The notes beneath the pieces are model-generated. The model did not search any database and was not told the origin of the DNA. It saw only the letters and a list, made by a program, of their open reading frames with translations. The position numbers and the translations under genes are program-made. A DNA stretch of 63,947 nucleotides, the filler included, from Choristocarpus tenellus KU-1152 (Eukaryota > Protista > Phaeophyceae): NCBI GenBank assembly GCA_964200185.2. It is 12 parts of 12 records of this genome, joined end to end, with 100 filler letters (N's around TTAATTAATTAA, not from the genome) between each part and the next. Parts side by side here need not be neighbours in the genome. Positions count along the whole stretch, not along the records: positions 46,859 to 53,636 come from CAXNAD020007369.1; positions 53,737 to 57,357 come from CAXNAD020018904.1; positions 57,458 to 63,947 come from CAXNAD020008018.1; 9 more parts are not named here. One strand, given 5' to 3'. How positions within the stretch are numbered: the first letter of the stretch is position 1; every line of letters starts with the position of its first letter. Of this stretch, positions 52,128 through 63,947 are shown one piece after another.

Positions 52128-53126
52128 TGACGACAGATGCCACCTTCAGAAGGCTGATTGCGAGCGACAACGGAGTCGGGGTATGCGCAACTCAAAAGTA
52201 TGGAAATTATGAGTCGTAACTGTACTGAAACTGCGCTTCAAATCGATTTCCTTTTTTTTGTGAGGTTTGAAAAACCAACGGCTAGTGTGTACTAGTAGAA
52301 CACTTTTTTTCCGCAAAAAACACCTTTAATATTACAATAAAAATGGACGCCACAACGTGTTCCTATACTTCAAACCGATGAAGTTCCAGATATTGGGACA
52401 TCATGACCACCTACCTATAGGTGGACACTTCCTGGACACTGAAACACAAACGGTGGTGGAGGACCACTCTTATGTGTGGGGGGCGGTACATGTATATATG
52501 ATGCATATTGCATGTAGTGCATGCTGTAAGTGAAGGGTATTGAATGGATAGGTAATAGTACTTCCAAGTATTGATATTAAATACTATAGTTATAGTGTAA
52601 GTACGGTATGTCCTAAAACTGCTGTTTTCACTTCAACTTTACTATGTAGGAACTAAAAATAGTAACATCCACCAGTGTTACGGCTACTACTATTACTCAC
52701 ACGTCATAGCAGAACATATCATACTTCAGTCCACTTAATATCTGTTGGTGTGAGGATCAGGTAGGGGACAATTTTCTGTTGTGCGGAACAAATTGAAATT
52801 ATCACTACTCCCTTTTTGAATTGAAAGGGCTAAATACTTCATACAACGTAGAGGACTTCAATATATTTGAATAACTTGCTTAGACTATGAAGTATTTGCT
52901 TTCTGTCTAGTAGTGCGCGGGATGCAATATTTTATCATGTAGTATTATCGTTGCGTGTGACTGACCTGTCATCAATGAACAAATATACAGAAGACCGATC
53001 CTTGTAGAATAATAATAGCGGTAGTATTCAAATGAAGAGCAGAGAAGATAGCTAGGTCCCCCATGTAGGAGGTAATGACATCATATCTGCCATCTGTTTT
53101 GCGGGGTTACATGTGATTGATTGGAT

Positions 53127-53210
53127 GCTCCTGTGTGAACAAGGAAGTCATATTCACTTGTGGTATTCGCTCCTGTGTGAACAAGGAAGTCATATTCACT
53201 TGTGGTATTC
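53127..53210. repeat. Perfect 42-bp tandem duplication
   Basis: gctcctgtgtgaacaaggaagtcatattcacttgtggtattc twice. Confidence 0.92.
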
Positions 53211-53736
53211 CGCAATGTATGGTCATAGTGCCAGACAAGTCATGCACATCTATTAAGTGAAGGAGAGACCTAAGAGTTCTTCCTTATTGAAATCACCATG
53301 ACCTACTTTTCCCTGGTTGCCCATTGATCACAATGTATACATCGGTACATTTGCCTATGCATGTGTATGAATGTTGTGTTCCATCAAGAAAGAGGGCATA
53401 CCACCAGACAAGCGCAATTCAGCGCAAGTAGGCAAAGTCTAAGTTATGAGTACAACAACCCATCCAAACCAAACCGATGAATTTATATCTCCTAATGGCG
53501 CCCACAAGACTTCCCTCCAACACACTACCGCCTACCAGTCCGCCTTGGTCAATGGTCTCATCCACCCAAATGAGAAGCCACACATCTCCAGACATCATTC
53601 AACAAATAAAGGAGTGGATTTCAAAAATTGATGATGNNNNNNNNNNNNNNNNNNNNNNNNNNNNNNNNNNNNNNNNNNNNTTAATTAATTAANNNNNNNN
53701 NNNNNNNNNNNNNNNNNNNNNNNNNNNNNNNNNNNN

Positions 53737-54278
53737 CATGTTCATGCAACCACTTTGTAGGATTACCCTGTATCTGTGTTTGAGAATAATGATGGTGCAA
53801 TCAAGATTGCTAAGAAAGCAGTATCTGGGGGTAGAACCAAGCACATTGATAGTAGGTATCATTATGTACGTCAGTTGGAGAGGGAAGGCGAGATTACAAT
53901 TGGGTATTTGCCAACGGAGTTTCAACATGCTGATCTTTTTACTAAGGGTTTGTCTAAGATATCTTTCAGTAGGCATTCCAGTGTTATCATGGGTAGAATG
54001 AATTGGGATTGATTTCTGTGTTGAGGATATGTTCAATAGCGTTTGTGGTGCTGTTTTTCACTTGAAGTTCAAAGCAGGGGAGTGTGTTAAGAATATGCTT
54101 TTTATTCGTGTGTAAAAGAAGACTCTGTAGACGAAACAATCTAAGGATGAAGAGATAGTGTTAGTATTCTGAAGAATAGAAGATAAGATTGGGTTTCAAG
54201 AACTAGAATATGGAAGAGTTCAGGAATAGGAAGCATTGTGGGAGGTAATTTCTGATTGGTTTGATTAGTCATTCACGG
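53737..54278 (+). mobile_element. Ty1/copia 3' end: RNase H, polypurine tract and start of the 3' LTR
   Basis: ORF to 54012 reads FENNDGAIKIA..RTKHIDSRYHYVRQ..QHADLFTKGL (copia RNase H). PPT AGCAGGGGAGTG is followed by TGTT at 54085. Confidence 0.92.
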
Positions 54279-54322
54279 NNNNNNNNNNATTCACGGAATA
54301 GAATTGATTTGGTGGCAAGGAC

Positions 54323-57300
54323 ACTCCCCCTTTGGGGTTTGAAGCTCACTCTCCTTTCTTACACCTTCCTTAATTCATGTACAACCTGCTCTGCATAATA
54401 ATAAGGAATTAATCGAGTTATTTACATACACAAGTCTTGGGAACACCAACTTATTTAACAGGTGCGTTCAGGTAGGCTTCAGTGAAGTCTAGGGAGTTGA
54501 TGATCCAGTTTCTGTTAGCTGCTGTAGCCAGGACTGCTCGAATCACGCCAAATCCCACCACTGGACTAAATGTGCTGAAGTAGTCCACCCCTTCTTGTTG
54601 GGAAAAACCTCGTGCCACCAGCCTGGCCTTATATCTTTCAATGTCTCCATTTGCAGTCCTTTTGATTTTGAATATAAATCTGTTTTTGACGGGTCCCCTC
54701 CCTGGTGGCAGACTCTCTCCCTCATGAAAGGTTCCTTTGGTTCGTTGGCCTTCCATTTCTTGTTCCATTGCCTTCTTCCAGTGTTCTGTATCAGGCCCTG
54801 CGAGGGCTTCTGCGATGGTTGATGGCTCCTGGTGGCCTATTGAGATGTCACTTGCCATGCCCGTCAAACAGTATGCATCATCCGTGCTTGATCTGAGCAG
54901 ATTCACTATATTCTCTCCCAGTTCTTCTGTATCTCCAGAGAGTGTAAACCCCTGTAGTCCACCCTGGGCTGTTCAGCTATCCTGGCTGACCTCCGTTGTC
55001 CACTAGGTGAATTTGTCGAGTTCTTTCCAACGGCTGTTGCTTGGGGTATCGGATCGACTGCAATATCGAAATCCCGATCAGAGTCGTCTTCAGTATCAGA
55101 AATTTCTTCATCATCTGTTGAAGTCATGGTCTTTCTCTCCCCCACGAACTCCATGATGTGTTTGCCTGGCTCGAACTTCACGTGGGCTTAGGTTACCAAC
55201 TTGGCCTCTTGAGGAAGCCAGATGTGCCAGCATAGTGATGTACGATCATGTCCCATTATTACACCTCGCTTGGGGTATGGGTGAAACTTTGAATTGGTCC
55301 CTCTCTGCTGCTTGTCCTGGTGAACATAGCACTCGCTCCCCCAGGCCCGAAGCCTATTGTAGTTGAAAGATATATCTGTTAGACGCTCGCATGGCGTCTC
55401 TCCTCCCAGGTATTCGTGTGGCATACCTCCAGTCTTGAAGGCGACGTCCGTGATGGCAAAGAACCAATACTCGTCGCCCAGCCCAGCCTTTGCCAGTTGA
55501 CTCCTTGCTGTCCCCATGAGTTGCTTTATCACCCTTTCGGCGATTCCGTTACTCTGTGGTGTTTTCGGTGGAGATTTCCTCCATCGGGTACCGTTGTTCG
55601 CCAGGATCCTTTGGAACTTCACCGATCTCCCAAGCTCGCCAGCACCATCCCCACTGATGCATTTGACTGGCATACCTCCCCTGGCCATCTGGTCGATATA
55701 AGCAGCGGTTTTTATCCGTGGCTGTGTTTTTCGTTTTTAATCCATAAACCCTCTTGTTTCTGCTGCTCTCATCGACAAACACCTGAAAATATTGATGGCC
55801 AGTGATGTACGCTTTAAAAGGTCCCGCCAAATCTGTGTGGACAACCTCACCGGGCTGCTTGGAAGTCCTGCCACCCCGTTGATAGCTTAGGGCCTCGGAC
55901 TTGCATTCCTTGCAGGACGCCACAGTAGCGTCGGTGATCTCTAAAAGTCCACGTTTCTCGAGATGCTTTATTGCTGATGGGTTGATGTGTCTCAATGTGT
56001 TGTGCCAGTCCCTCAATGTCAGCCTCTGCTTTGATTGGCTCGTGCAGCGCTGGCTCTCGATTCTAGTTCCATTTTGATTATGGTTCCGGTTAAATGTAAG
56101 AACCCCCCCGATTTTTGTAGATTTATCTTGGGCGAATTCTTGGAGGCCCTCAGATAACTTTCTTTTGTTCCTGAATCCTTAAATTCTCCTCCATTCCGTC
56201 GTATACTTCCAGTACTCAATATGTGGCATGGTAAACCTGGGACCCATAGAACATCCTTGAGAACCACTCTTGTTGGTTTGCCGTCCTTATCCGTCACCAT
56301 TAGAACCATATCCCCGGTTTCCTTCGCTTCCAATTTCCCATTGTTTCCGAAGGTGCATGTGCGTTTGGTATCCCGAATGCATATGAGATCTTCACGATCA
56401 GGTGTAAGATGTACGTTTGCTCCAGAGTCACATAATATCTCGACGTGTCTTCCACTGGAGGAGTTGAACACCGCACTTTTGTTAACCTCCTCGTCTGCTG
56501 TCACCTTAAAACTGGAGAAGGAGTGCGCTTGGTTTCCGTCGACTTTGTTGCTGCTCCCACGAGTTGGAGGTGGCGGAAATGTTCCGGGTGCCATCCCAGG
56601 GGACATGTTGCCGGTGGCTTTCCTTTAAATATTGGTAGCTATTCTGCCATCGATGGTTCATCCTTAAGCAATATCCACAATGTTTTGATTTGAGGCCGCT
56701 TCCAGCTGATCCCCTGGTCTTCCGGGCATGACCGTTCTTCTTCACATTGCCATGCATTGCTAGTATCCCATCATGACCATCTTGACCCGAATGAAGGTAA
56801 GTTGTCGACGAGATGACTGCCCGTTTGAGCTCATCATAGCTGATGTCCGGGCGAGTTATTAATTGCGCGAACACATGTGACATGACTTCCTTCATCCCAA
56901 GTCGTATAGATGCCCTCTTCGTGTTTTCCGATTTTGGCTCCTTGAGCTCCTCGAATTCCGAAAATAGTCGTTCGAGTTTAACGACAAAATCGGTGCTGTC
57001 CTGAAACGCTGCGCACCGTAATTCGCGGAGTTTTGCCTCCAATGTGATGAGTTGTACAGGGATTTCGTCCTCGCGCATCCACCGTAGAGTTGTTCTAGTT
57101 CCAACCAAGCTCCTCCTCTGCCGCCTGGTTGACCTCCATTTTCGTATTTGGCCAATATCGTCGATGCTGATCCTTTCGTTGTTTGTAGAAGGAGGAACCA
57201 TAACGCCTTGTTATTCTTCGAGTATGTGGCATATGCCGTGCGCACTGCCTCTCCCGAGATGGTGGTGGGTGTTTCAGGGATCTCATAGTCCCTTGTCGTA

Positions 57301-57357
57301 ATATCGTATAAACCCTTTCCACCAGCGCAGGCGATCAATGACAGTCTCCAAGTTGAC
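54323..57357 (-). mobile_element. Frameshifted Ty1/copia retrotransposon (gag-PR-IN-RT, RT truncated)
   Basis: gag with a degenerate knuckle CGYCLRMNH; protease ILCDSGANVH; pre-integrase WHxxLxH..CKEC; integrase VHTDLAGP / DGAGE / PQSNGIAER; RT YKARLVARGFSQQEGVDYFSTFSPV..LDFTEAYLNA. IN before RT is copia order. PPT AAAGGGGGAG then TG at 54323. Confidence 0.95.
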
Positions 57358-58999
57358 NNNNNNNNNNNNNNNNNNNNNNNNNNNNNNNNNNNNNNNNNNN
57401 NTTAATTAATTAANNNNNNNNNNNNNNNNNNNNNNNNNNNNNNNNNNNNNNNNNNNNCACGGTAATTGTTGTTTATTATTTTATTGATTGTTGTTGTCCC
57501 CTCACTGAGCACCTTAACGCCACCCTGCAATAGTGCCCCTCACGCACACTTGGATGTAATGCACCCAGAGTTAAAACCATCTACTGAAACCCTTGCCAGC
57601 CAAGGTAACAAGCCTCTTCACAGACCATGTACTTCTTTTATTAAGTATACTATGAAATAACACTGTATTCACATCACATCGTTCTTAACTGAGAGATCAA
57701 TGACTTCAGTTGCAACAGAATAAATACATCAGTGCTTTACTTCACAATCACACATACGCATAACACAGACTACGCTCCCTACTCATTGGTGCTTTACAAC
57801 ACCATGATTCCTCTTCCTTCGTAGTCTATGTATCATATATTATGCATTCGATTCAGGTTTCAACACTTCTTCCTATTGGCTGATCTTGCCAAGTTTTTCC
57901 CTCTTCGCTGAAGGCTTATCTCTACGAGAAGAAATTGATGATTCCCTCACAGCCCTACATTCTATTGACTCGGCATCGATGGAGCTCCCACTTCTTCCCC
58001 TCTAAGCTCGTCATCCCTCCCCCTTTTACCCGTCGAGTCAACATCCACCATCTTGTCCCCACTTGTATCCACCGTATCAATGATTAGATACCTTGCAAAA
58101 TCATACCCCCAATCACAGATCCTGATAGTGCGCTCGACACTTCCCCCATGCCTTCCTCCTCATCTTTCTTGGAAGATGACAGAACACAACAACCAGACTG
58201 GTTTCTATCGCTAGGAGAGTCTCTGCAACCCATCACTCAGAATTCGCGAGCTGTCGCTGTCTTAGGAGTCCCCAGCAACCCGGAAATTAGTACCCAGGCT
58301 AGCAGCGTCATCGGTGTTGTGTGCTCTCCTTGAGGAATGCCTTTAATTTTGCAGCAACCCTCCTTCTTACGGCCATCTGGAATGCAGCCTTCTCACTCCC
58401 GAAGTCTATGTCTTTGAGGCAGTACTGGTTGGGCTGCTTCACTAACGTCCTCCAGTGTGTATAGCATTCGCTGTCGTTACTGGTATCCGGCAGGTAGGGG
58501 TGTGGAGCCGTTCACAAGTATAATCCCGCCTGCATTCCATCATTGCTCGGACCCAGGATGCCATCAATTTGAAGATATCCAACACATTCGGCACGTGTGA
58601 TCTACTGGCCACTACGCGCTCCCCGATCGATATAGATTCCACCTTCTCACGGCCGCATTATGGAAATATCTTCAACACGAATCTCCTATCCTGATTCCTC
58701 TGCAGGATCTCTCCGACGTCTAATGACCACCTCAATGTGACGTGGGTGGGGAGGCGTATACTGCAGGGAATATTGATCTTCTTGCAACGACCCTCAATAG
58801 CGTGATTCTTTGCTGCCCATTCAGTCAATAAAAAAATGTTATCAACATTGGTCGGATCCCTTTCATTGCCATCTTCATCCACTCCGATACAGCCCTTCCC
58901 AATGTAGTGTGAGAGTAGATCCTTCTCAGGTAGATCAGAGGGAAACTGTGATCTATGCATAGAGGTCTTGAACTCCTTGAGAGACTTCCATCGCGAGCA

Positions 59000-59259
59000 G
59001 AGTCAAAGTATCTTAGAGGGTAGAGTCGCGTCCATTTGGGGGTCAAAGTCAATGTTGCGATTTTGATGTAATTTTGGCTATCGTGTTTATGAAGAAGTGT
59101 CAATATCCATGTTCCATAAACACCTTTTCCTAACATAGACACTAGACCTACGCCTAAACATTTTGGAGTAGAAAAAATGTCATAAAAGAACCCATGGGAA
59201 GGCAAGCCCCAAAACGGACAAACAGGGCAAAACTCCTACCCTTTAAGATACTTTAACTC
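59000..59259 (-). mobile_element. MITE family A, full length (260 bp), TSD AGCA
   Basis: Both TIRs present; AGCA on both flanks. Confidence 0.93.
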
Positions 59260-59353
59260 AGCATAAAGAAAAAGACTGTTCACTCAGGATTTCCACGAGC
59301 TTGTCGGCCGTGTCCTGTGTGTCTGTGCTCAGTTTTTGGAACATAGACTACGC

Positions 59354-59875
59354 GAGTGTGAAAATATCTTAGACTGAAAGTATATTGGAGACTATGAGTT
59401 TTGCCCTGTTTGTCCGTTTGGGGGTTGGCTTCCCATGTTTTTTCTTATGATATTTTACCTACTTCAAAACCATTTTAGGGTAGGTAAAATGAGTGTTTTG
59501 AAAAGTTGTGTCCAGAACATGGATATTTACACTTCCTAACAAACACGATAGTCAAAATTATATGAAAATTGAAACAATTGGATGTTTGCCCCCAGACGGA
59601 AGTGGCTCTACCCCCTAAGATACTTTGACTCTTAGAGGGTACGAGTTTTCTCCTATATGTCCGTTTGGAACTTGGCTTCCCATGGGGTTTTATGACATTT
59701 TCCTACTCCAAAATGGATCGAAGTAGGTCAAATGTGTATGTTATGAAAAGGTGCGTCCTAAACAAGGATATTGACACTTCCAAACAAACACGATAGCCAA
59801 AATTACATCAAAATCGCAACATTGGATTTTGGCCCCCAAATGGACAAGGCTCTATCCTCCAAGATACTTTGCCTC
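59354..59875 (+). mobile_element. Nested pair of MITE family A copies
   Basis: The outer TIR is split at ..TATCTTA(G); an inner copy occupies about 59372-59631, and the outer copy resumes TTAGAGGGTACGAG and ends at 59875. Confidence 0.85.
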
Positions 59876-60741
59876 TCGACCCTCCCCTTGCCGAGGAGGT
59901 TCGCATTAAACTCTTGACATAAATGCCGAGGTGGCAAGGTCCAGGTATGCGTCACACCTAAGGTTGTGGTGATCACCTCTGTTCTCTTCTTCCCACTGGA
60001 GTTGTTAGTACTCCTGGCTGCTGCTCTGTGCTCTGTGGTAGTAGAGGGGGGGGGGGTAAGCAATGGTAGCAACAAATACCGACAAGATGCGGGGATACAT
60101 ATGACTAGTCACAGAAGCAAGTGTATTGTGCGGGGTGACAAGGTGGAGAGAGTTGCAGTAACAGTCAGGACAGAGATATGTGATCGATGATTACAAGATC
60201 GATAGCATGTACGGGGTTCGTTTGCACGTGAGGAAATTGCGCAAGTGATGTCGTTGAAACGAGGCCTTTTTTTTGTCATGAAGAGGGCCAAGTTTTTACT
60301 GCGGAGACTGTGAGTTGCCAAGGTGTGGCAAACGGTAAAATGTACCAATTTGAAATGCGTAGGGAAGGCAGGAACGCACTAATTTGATATCTTTTGTCCA
60401 ACGGTAAAACATATCAATCTCAAAAGTATGCTAACCGTGGTTTTTAACGGGGGGTGCGCGCATGTGTGGTTACATCTCACAATGTAGTCGGTGTTGTGTT
60501 GTGTGCGTCATGAAAGTTATCCGGAAAGTGGCGAGTATATCGGAGTCTTTTGATCCATGTACCAAGAGATACATTCCATAGCATTCAACACCAGGATTTT
60601 GGTCGTACGTAGGTAAGCTTTGTGGAACCCTTCCTTGACTTCGCATCAGATTTCAGAGTACCCTCGAGATTTGTCACAGTATTCTATCTTCGGTTCTTCA
60701 TTGGGTTGGGGTTAGGCGTAATAGCATAAACGGTGGTGATA

Positions 60742-60996
60742 GAGCCAAAATATATTAGAGGATAGAGCCGCGTCCATTTGAGGGCCAAAATCCAATGTTG
60801 ACATTTTGATGTAATTTTCCTATCGTATTTCTTAGGAAGTGTCAATATCTATGTTTTGGACACATCTTTTCATAACGCAATATTTTACCTACTCAGAAAA
60901 AAATTGGAGTAGGAAAATGTAAAAAAAAATTACGGGAAGCCAAGTCCCAAACCGACAAACAGGACAAAACTTGTACTCTCTAAGATACTTTTACTC
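60742..60996 (-). mobile_element. MITE family A, full length (255 bp), TSD GATA
   Basis: Both TIRs present; GATA on both flanks. Confidence 0.92.
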
Positions 60997-61338
60997 GATA
61001 GCTGTTGCATTACGATGCTGTGTTGAATGTACAAATATGGGCAATTGTGTCTCTTTACCAAAATTGGGTTGCCCATTTGTAAAATAGGTACTGCATTTTG
61101 TAGGAATCTCGAGCAAGAATCGTGGACATGAACATCAGAACTTACCTTATTGGCCATTGGAGGGAGGTTTAGGGTCAGATGAACGCTTTAGATGGTATAC
61201 TATAGACGGGGAATGGTGTGTATGGTGATCTGATAATAGGAAAAGGGACGAGAAATTTGTAAACCACTTCAATTACTGATAGGATTTAGACCTCCATTTT
61301 AGTTTAAAGCTTAGTTTTGGGAATACACATGTGAGGGA

Positions 61339-62268
61339 AACGATGATGGGACCACTATTGACGGCTGGTTTATAAACGGTTTCAATTCAAATAAATACGG
61401 AGCGTTGGGTAGTAACGATGGTGGGACCACTATTGACGGCTCTGGTTTCTAAACAGTTTCAATACAAATAGATGCGGAGTGTTGTGTAATAGTGGGACCA
61501 CTATTCATGGCTGGTTTATAAACAGATTCAATACAAACATATACGGAGTGTTGTGTAGTAACGATGGTGGGACTACTACTGACGGCTGGTTTGAAAACAG
61601 ATTCAATACAAACAGATACGCAGTGTTCTGTAGAAACGATGGTGGGACCATTATTGATGGCTGGTTTGTAAACAGTTTCAAAACAAAAAAAATAGGACCG
61701 TTGCGTAGTAACGATGGTGGGACCACTACTGATGGCTGGTTTGTAAACGGTTTCAATATAAAACAAATACGGAACGTTGGGTAGTAACGTCGGTGGGACC
61801 ACTATTGATGACTGTTTTGTAAGAAGTTTCAATACAAATAAATACGGAGTGTTGTGTAGTAATGAGGGCGGGATCTCTATTGACGGCTGGTTGTAAACGG
61901 TTTCAATACAAATAAATAGTGTTGCGTGGTAACAATGGTGGGACCATTATAGACGGCTGGTTTGTAAACAGTTTCAATACAAGTATATATGGACCGTTGT
62001 GTAGTAATAAAGGTGGGATCACTATTGATGGCTGTTTAGTAAAAAAATTCCAATACAAATAAATACAGAGTGTTGTGTAGAAACGATGGTGGGACCTTTA
62101 TCGACGGCTGGTTTGTAAACAGTTTCAATACAACCAAATACAGAGTGTTGCGTAGTAACAATGGTGGGACCACTATTGACAGATGTTTTGTAAACAGTTT
62201 CAATACAAATAAATACGGAGTATTGTGTAGTAATAATGGTGGGACCACTATTGATGGCTGGTTGTAAA
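61339..62268. repeat. 75-bp minisatellite, about 12.5 diverged units
   Basis: Consensus aacgatggtgggaccactattgacggctggtttgtaaacagtttcaatacaaataaatacggagtgttgtgtagt. Unit starts: 61339, 61414, about 61488, 61560, 61635, 61710, 61786, 61861, 61931, 62006, 62082, 62157, 62232. Confidence 0.95.
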
Positions 62269-62989
62269 TCTGTGGCGCAGGCGTAGAAGGCCTCTGATAT
62301 GAGTGGGTGAGGGTGGAGGTTGTGATTGTGCGGTTTCTTTGTTGTGATTGACCGAATAGGTGGTGGTCGAATATTTTCTTTCTTCTGACTGATTGTGGAT
62401 TTTACTTTAGCATATCCATGTATTGAATGTAGAGTTATGGTTATTACAATTTTGTTGTGGTACAAGTCCACAGTATTATTATAATTTACATGTATGAAAT
62501 GTAGCCTGCATTGACGGACGAGTATATATATATATTTTAAGAGTTCTGAAATGCTTCTGAAGATGCTATGTTTGCAGCTATAAACAACGCACATGGCAGG
62601 TTGAAGTTGGAGAGAAGTTTAGATTCAAAACATGTATTCTATGGTCAATGTTGAACAACGACAACGGCAAAAATGAATCTCTATGACATGTATGACGCTG
62701 TAGGGCTGACATGCCTTCCTCAGGGTGTTTTGGGGCAAGAGGAGCGACGATCTCCATCATCTGATCAGATTCGTAGGTTGGTTCCTGGTGGCGTTCTGTG
62801 GTGCTATGGAGCACTACGTAAGGCTGGCAACTGTGCCTATGTCGTCTTGAGGAGGAAGATAGCTTGGTAGAACTTCATTATGTGACTATGAATAGCAGCC
62901 AAGTGAAGCTCACAATGTAAATCAAGTCTTAGTTTTTGATGCGAACGACTCTCCCCATGATTACTGGAGGAAGGGTCTGTCTAGCATTC

Positions 62990-63890
62990 CTCTCATCATC
63001 TTAGTTCACAATGAGGTAAACTTGTCTGTGGTTTATTTTCCTTTCCGAACTTGTTTCTTTTTTGTGCACTCTCCACACTTTTGTTTTGTATAATCTTGCT
63101 TGAACTATATGGTACAGCATGTGGGTGGTAGGTCGTGATGCTCCTGTAGGCAACATTATCGATAGTATTTGGATTCTTCACAAGTTCAAGTGTCACGTCT
63201 TTACTCCCAACTGACATCATCCCGATCCCAGTGAGCACCTTTGCTTCACTACACACACCGAGCGCTTTTTCGGTTATTTTTCTCGTTGGTCAATGCAAAC
63301 AACGATTTTGAGGAGATTGCCCAGAAAAAAAGTTGTTCTGGAATGGGTCGATGTACCAAAAAGAGAACCAGTCCATCTCGTCGGCATTAATAATTTCAGT
63401 TTTGGTACAACCCCCTCCTCCTTTGTGTTTGATCCACCAGCTATCCTTGCTTCCTCCACAATATCTACTTTTTCAAATCAAGTCCAACTGGTGTGTGCAG
63501 CAGTTCAAGGCCTGCTGCCTCGTGGTGTTGTGGAGTGAGGATCGAACTGACTTGTACCAAGCAAGGTTCCACTGATGCAGTACCAAATCACGAGATATGG
63601 TGGGGTTTATTGCCTATATTTCGTGAAGACCTGTGAATCTTGGTGTATGCACAGTTTGCTGTGTTAGTTTATTTGCTTCTATATTTGGTTCTGTTGGGTT
63701 GTGGTGAGGACCAACATATAACCATCCGTGAGGAGTAACCAACATCATCTGCATCTTGCTGAAGAGGTGTTGGCGTACACAGTCACACGAAGAGGTGCAT
63801 ATTATGCCTGCCAGGGTAGGTAGTGACCACAGCCCATGGAACAGAGAGTTGTGTGTGGACAATGTGGATCCTAGTGTTGATGAACCAATA
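62990..63890 (-). mobile_element. Decayed hAT-type transposase relic
   Basis: PKLKLLMPTRW (hAT TRW motif), preceded by a DUF659-like MMLVTPHGWLYVG segment. Frames are broken. Confidence 0.5.
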
Positions 63891-63904
63891 TTGACTCTTC
63901 TAAT

Positions 63905-63947
63905 GGCTCAAAGTATCTGGGAGGGGGTGGCGGCTGTCCATTTGGGG
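63905..63947 (+). mobile_element. MITE family B end at window edge
   Basis: GGCTCAAAGTATCTGGGAGGGGGTGGCGGCTGTCCATTTGGGG. Confidence 0.85.

Larger units (their letters stand above)
57900..60070 (-). mobile_element. Decayed gypsy-like gag relic interrupted by MITEs
   Basis: Broken frame SLKEFKTSMHRSQFPSDLPEKDLLSHYIGK..GRCKKINIPCSIRLP recalls stramenopile gypsy gag proteins. The frame continues across MITE insertions. Boundaries approximate. Confidence 0.4.

Noticed and set aside
61339-62268. CRISPR array
   Set aside because: The whole 75-bp unit is repeated with no unique spacers, no cas genes are present, and the context is eukaryotic.

Overview
Eukaryotic, intron-rich DNA. It is probably a stramenopile such as a brown alga; this is an inference from the short TTAGGG tracts, gene structure and transposon types. 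The window is not one contiguous locus: 12 short contigs are joined by an identical artificial 100-bp spacer (N44-TTAATTAATTAA-N44), so neighbours across spacers have no biological adjacency. Reading splice sites by hand recovers several host genes or fragments that the ORF track misses: a three-repeat Myb transcription factor (up to 10 exons), PIG-X, SFT2/Got1, a UPF0652/DUF2009 terminal exon, the 3' end of a cyclic-nucleotide-binding-domain protein, an MFSD6-like transporter exon and several unidentified exons. Repeats include two Ty1/copia elements, decayed copia and gypsy gag relics, a hAT relic, two related MITE families with 4-bp target-site duplications (Sola2-like), a 75-bp tandem array that reads as LRR-like repeats, and a 51/102-bp higher-order repeat. 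The best novelty candidate is a decayed, intron-less minus-strand reading frame at about 19.1-21.3 kb. It carries RNA-dependent RNA polymerase-like motifs A, B and a degraded C in the correct order, so it may be an endogenised non-retroviral RNA virus. All family assignments come from motif recognition by eye; no database search was run.
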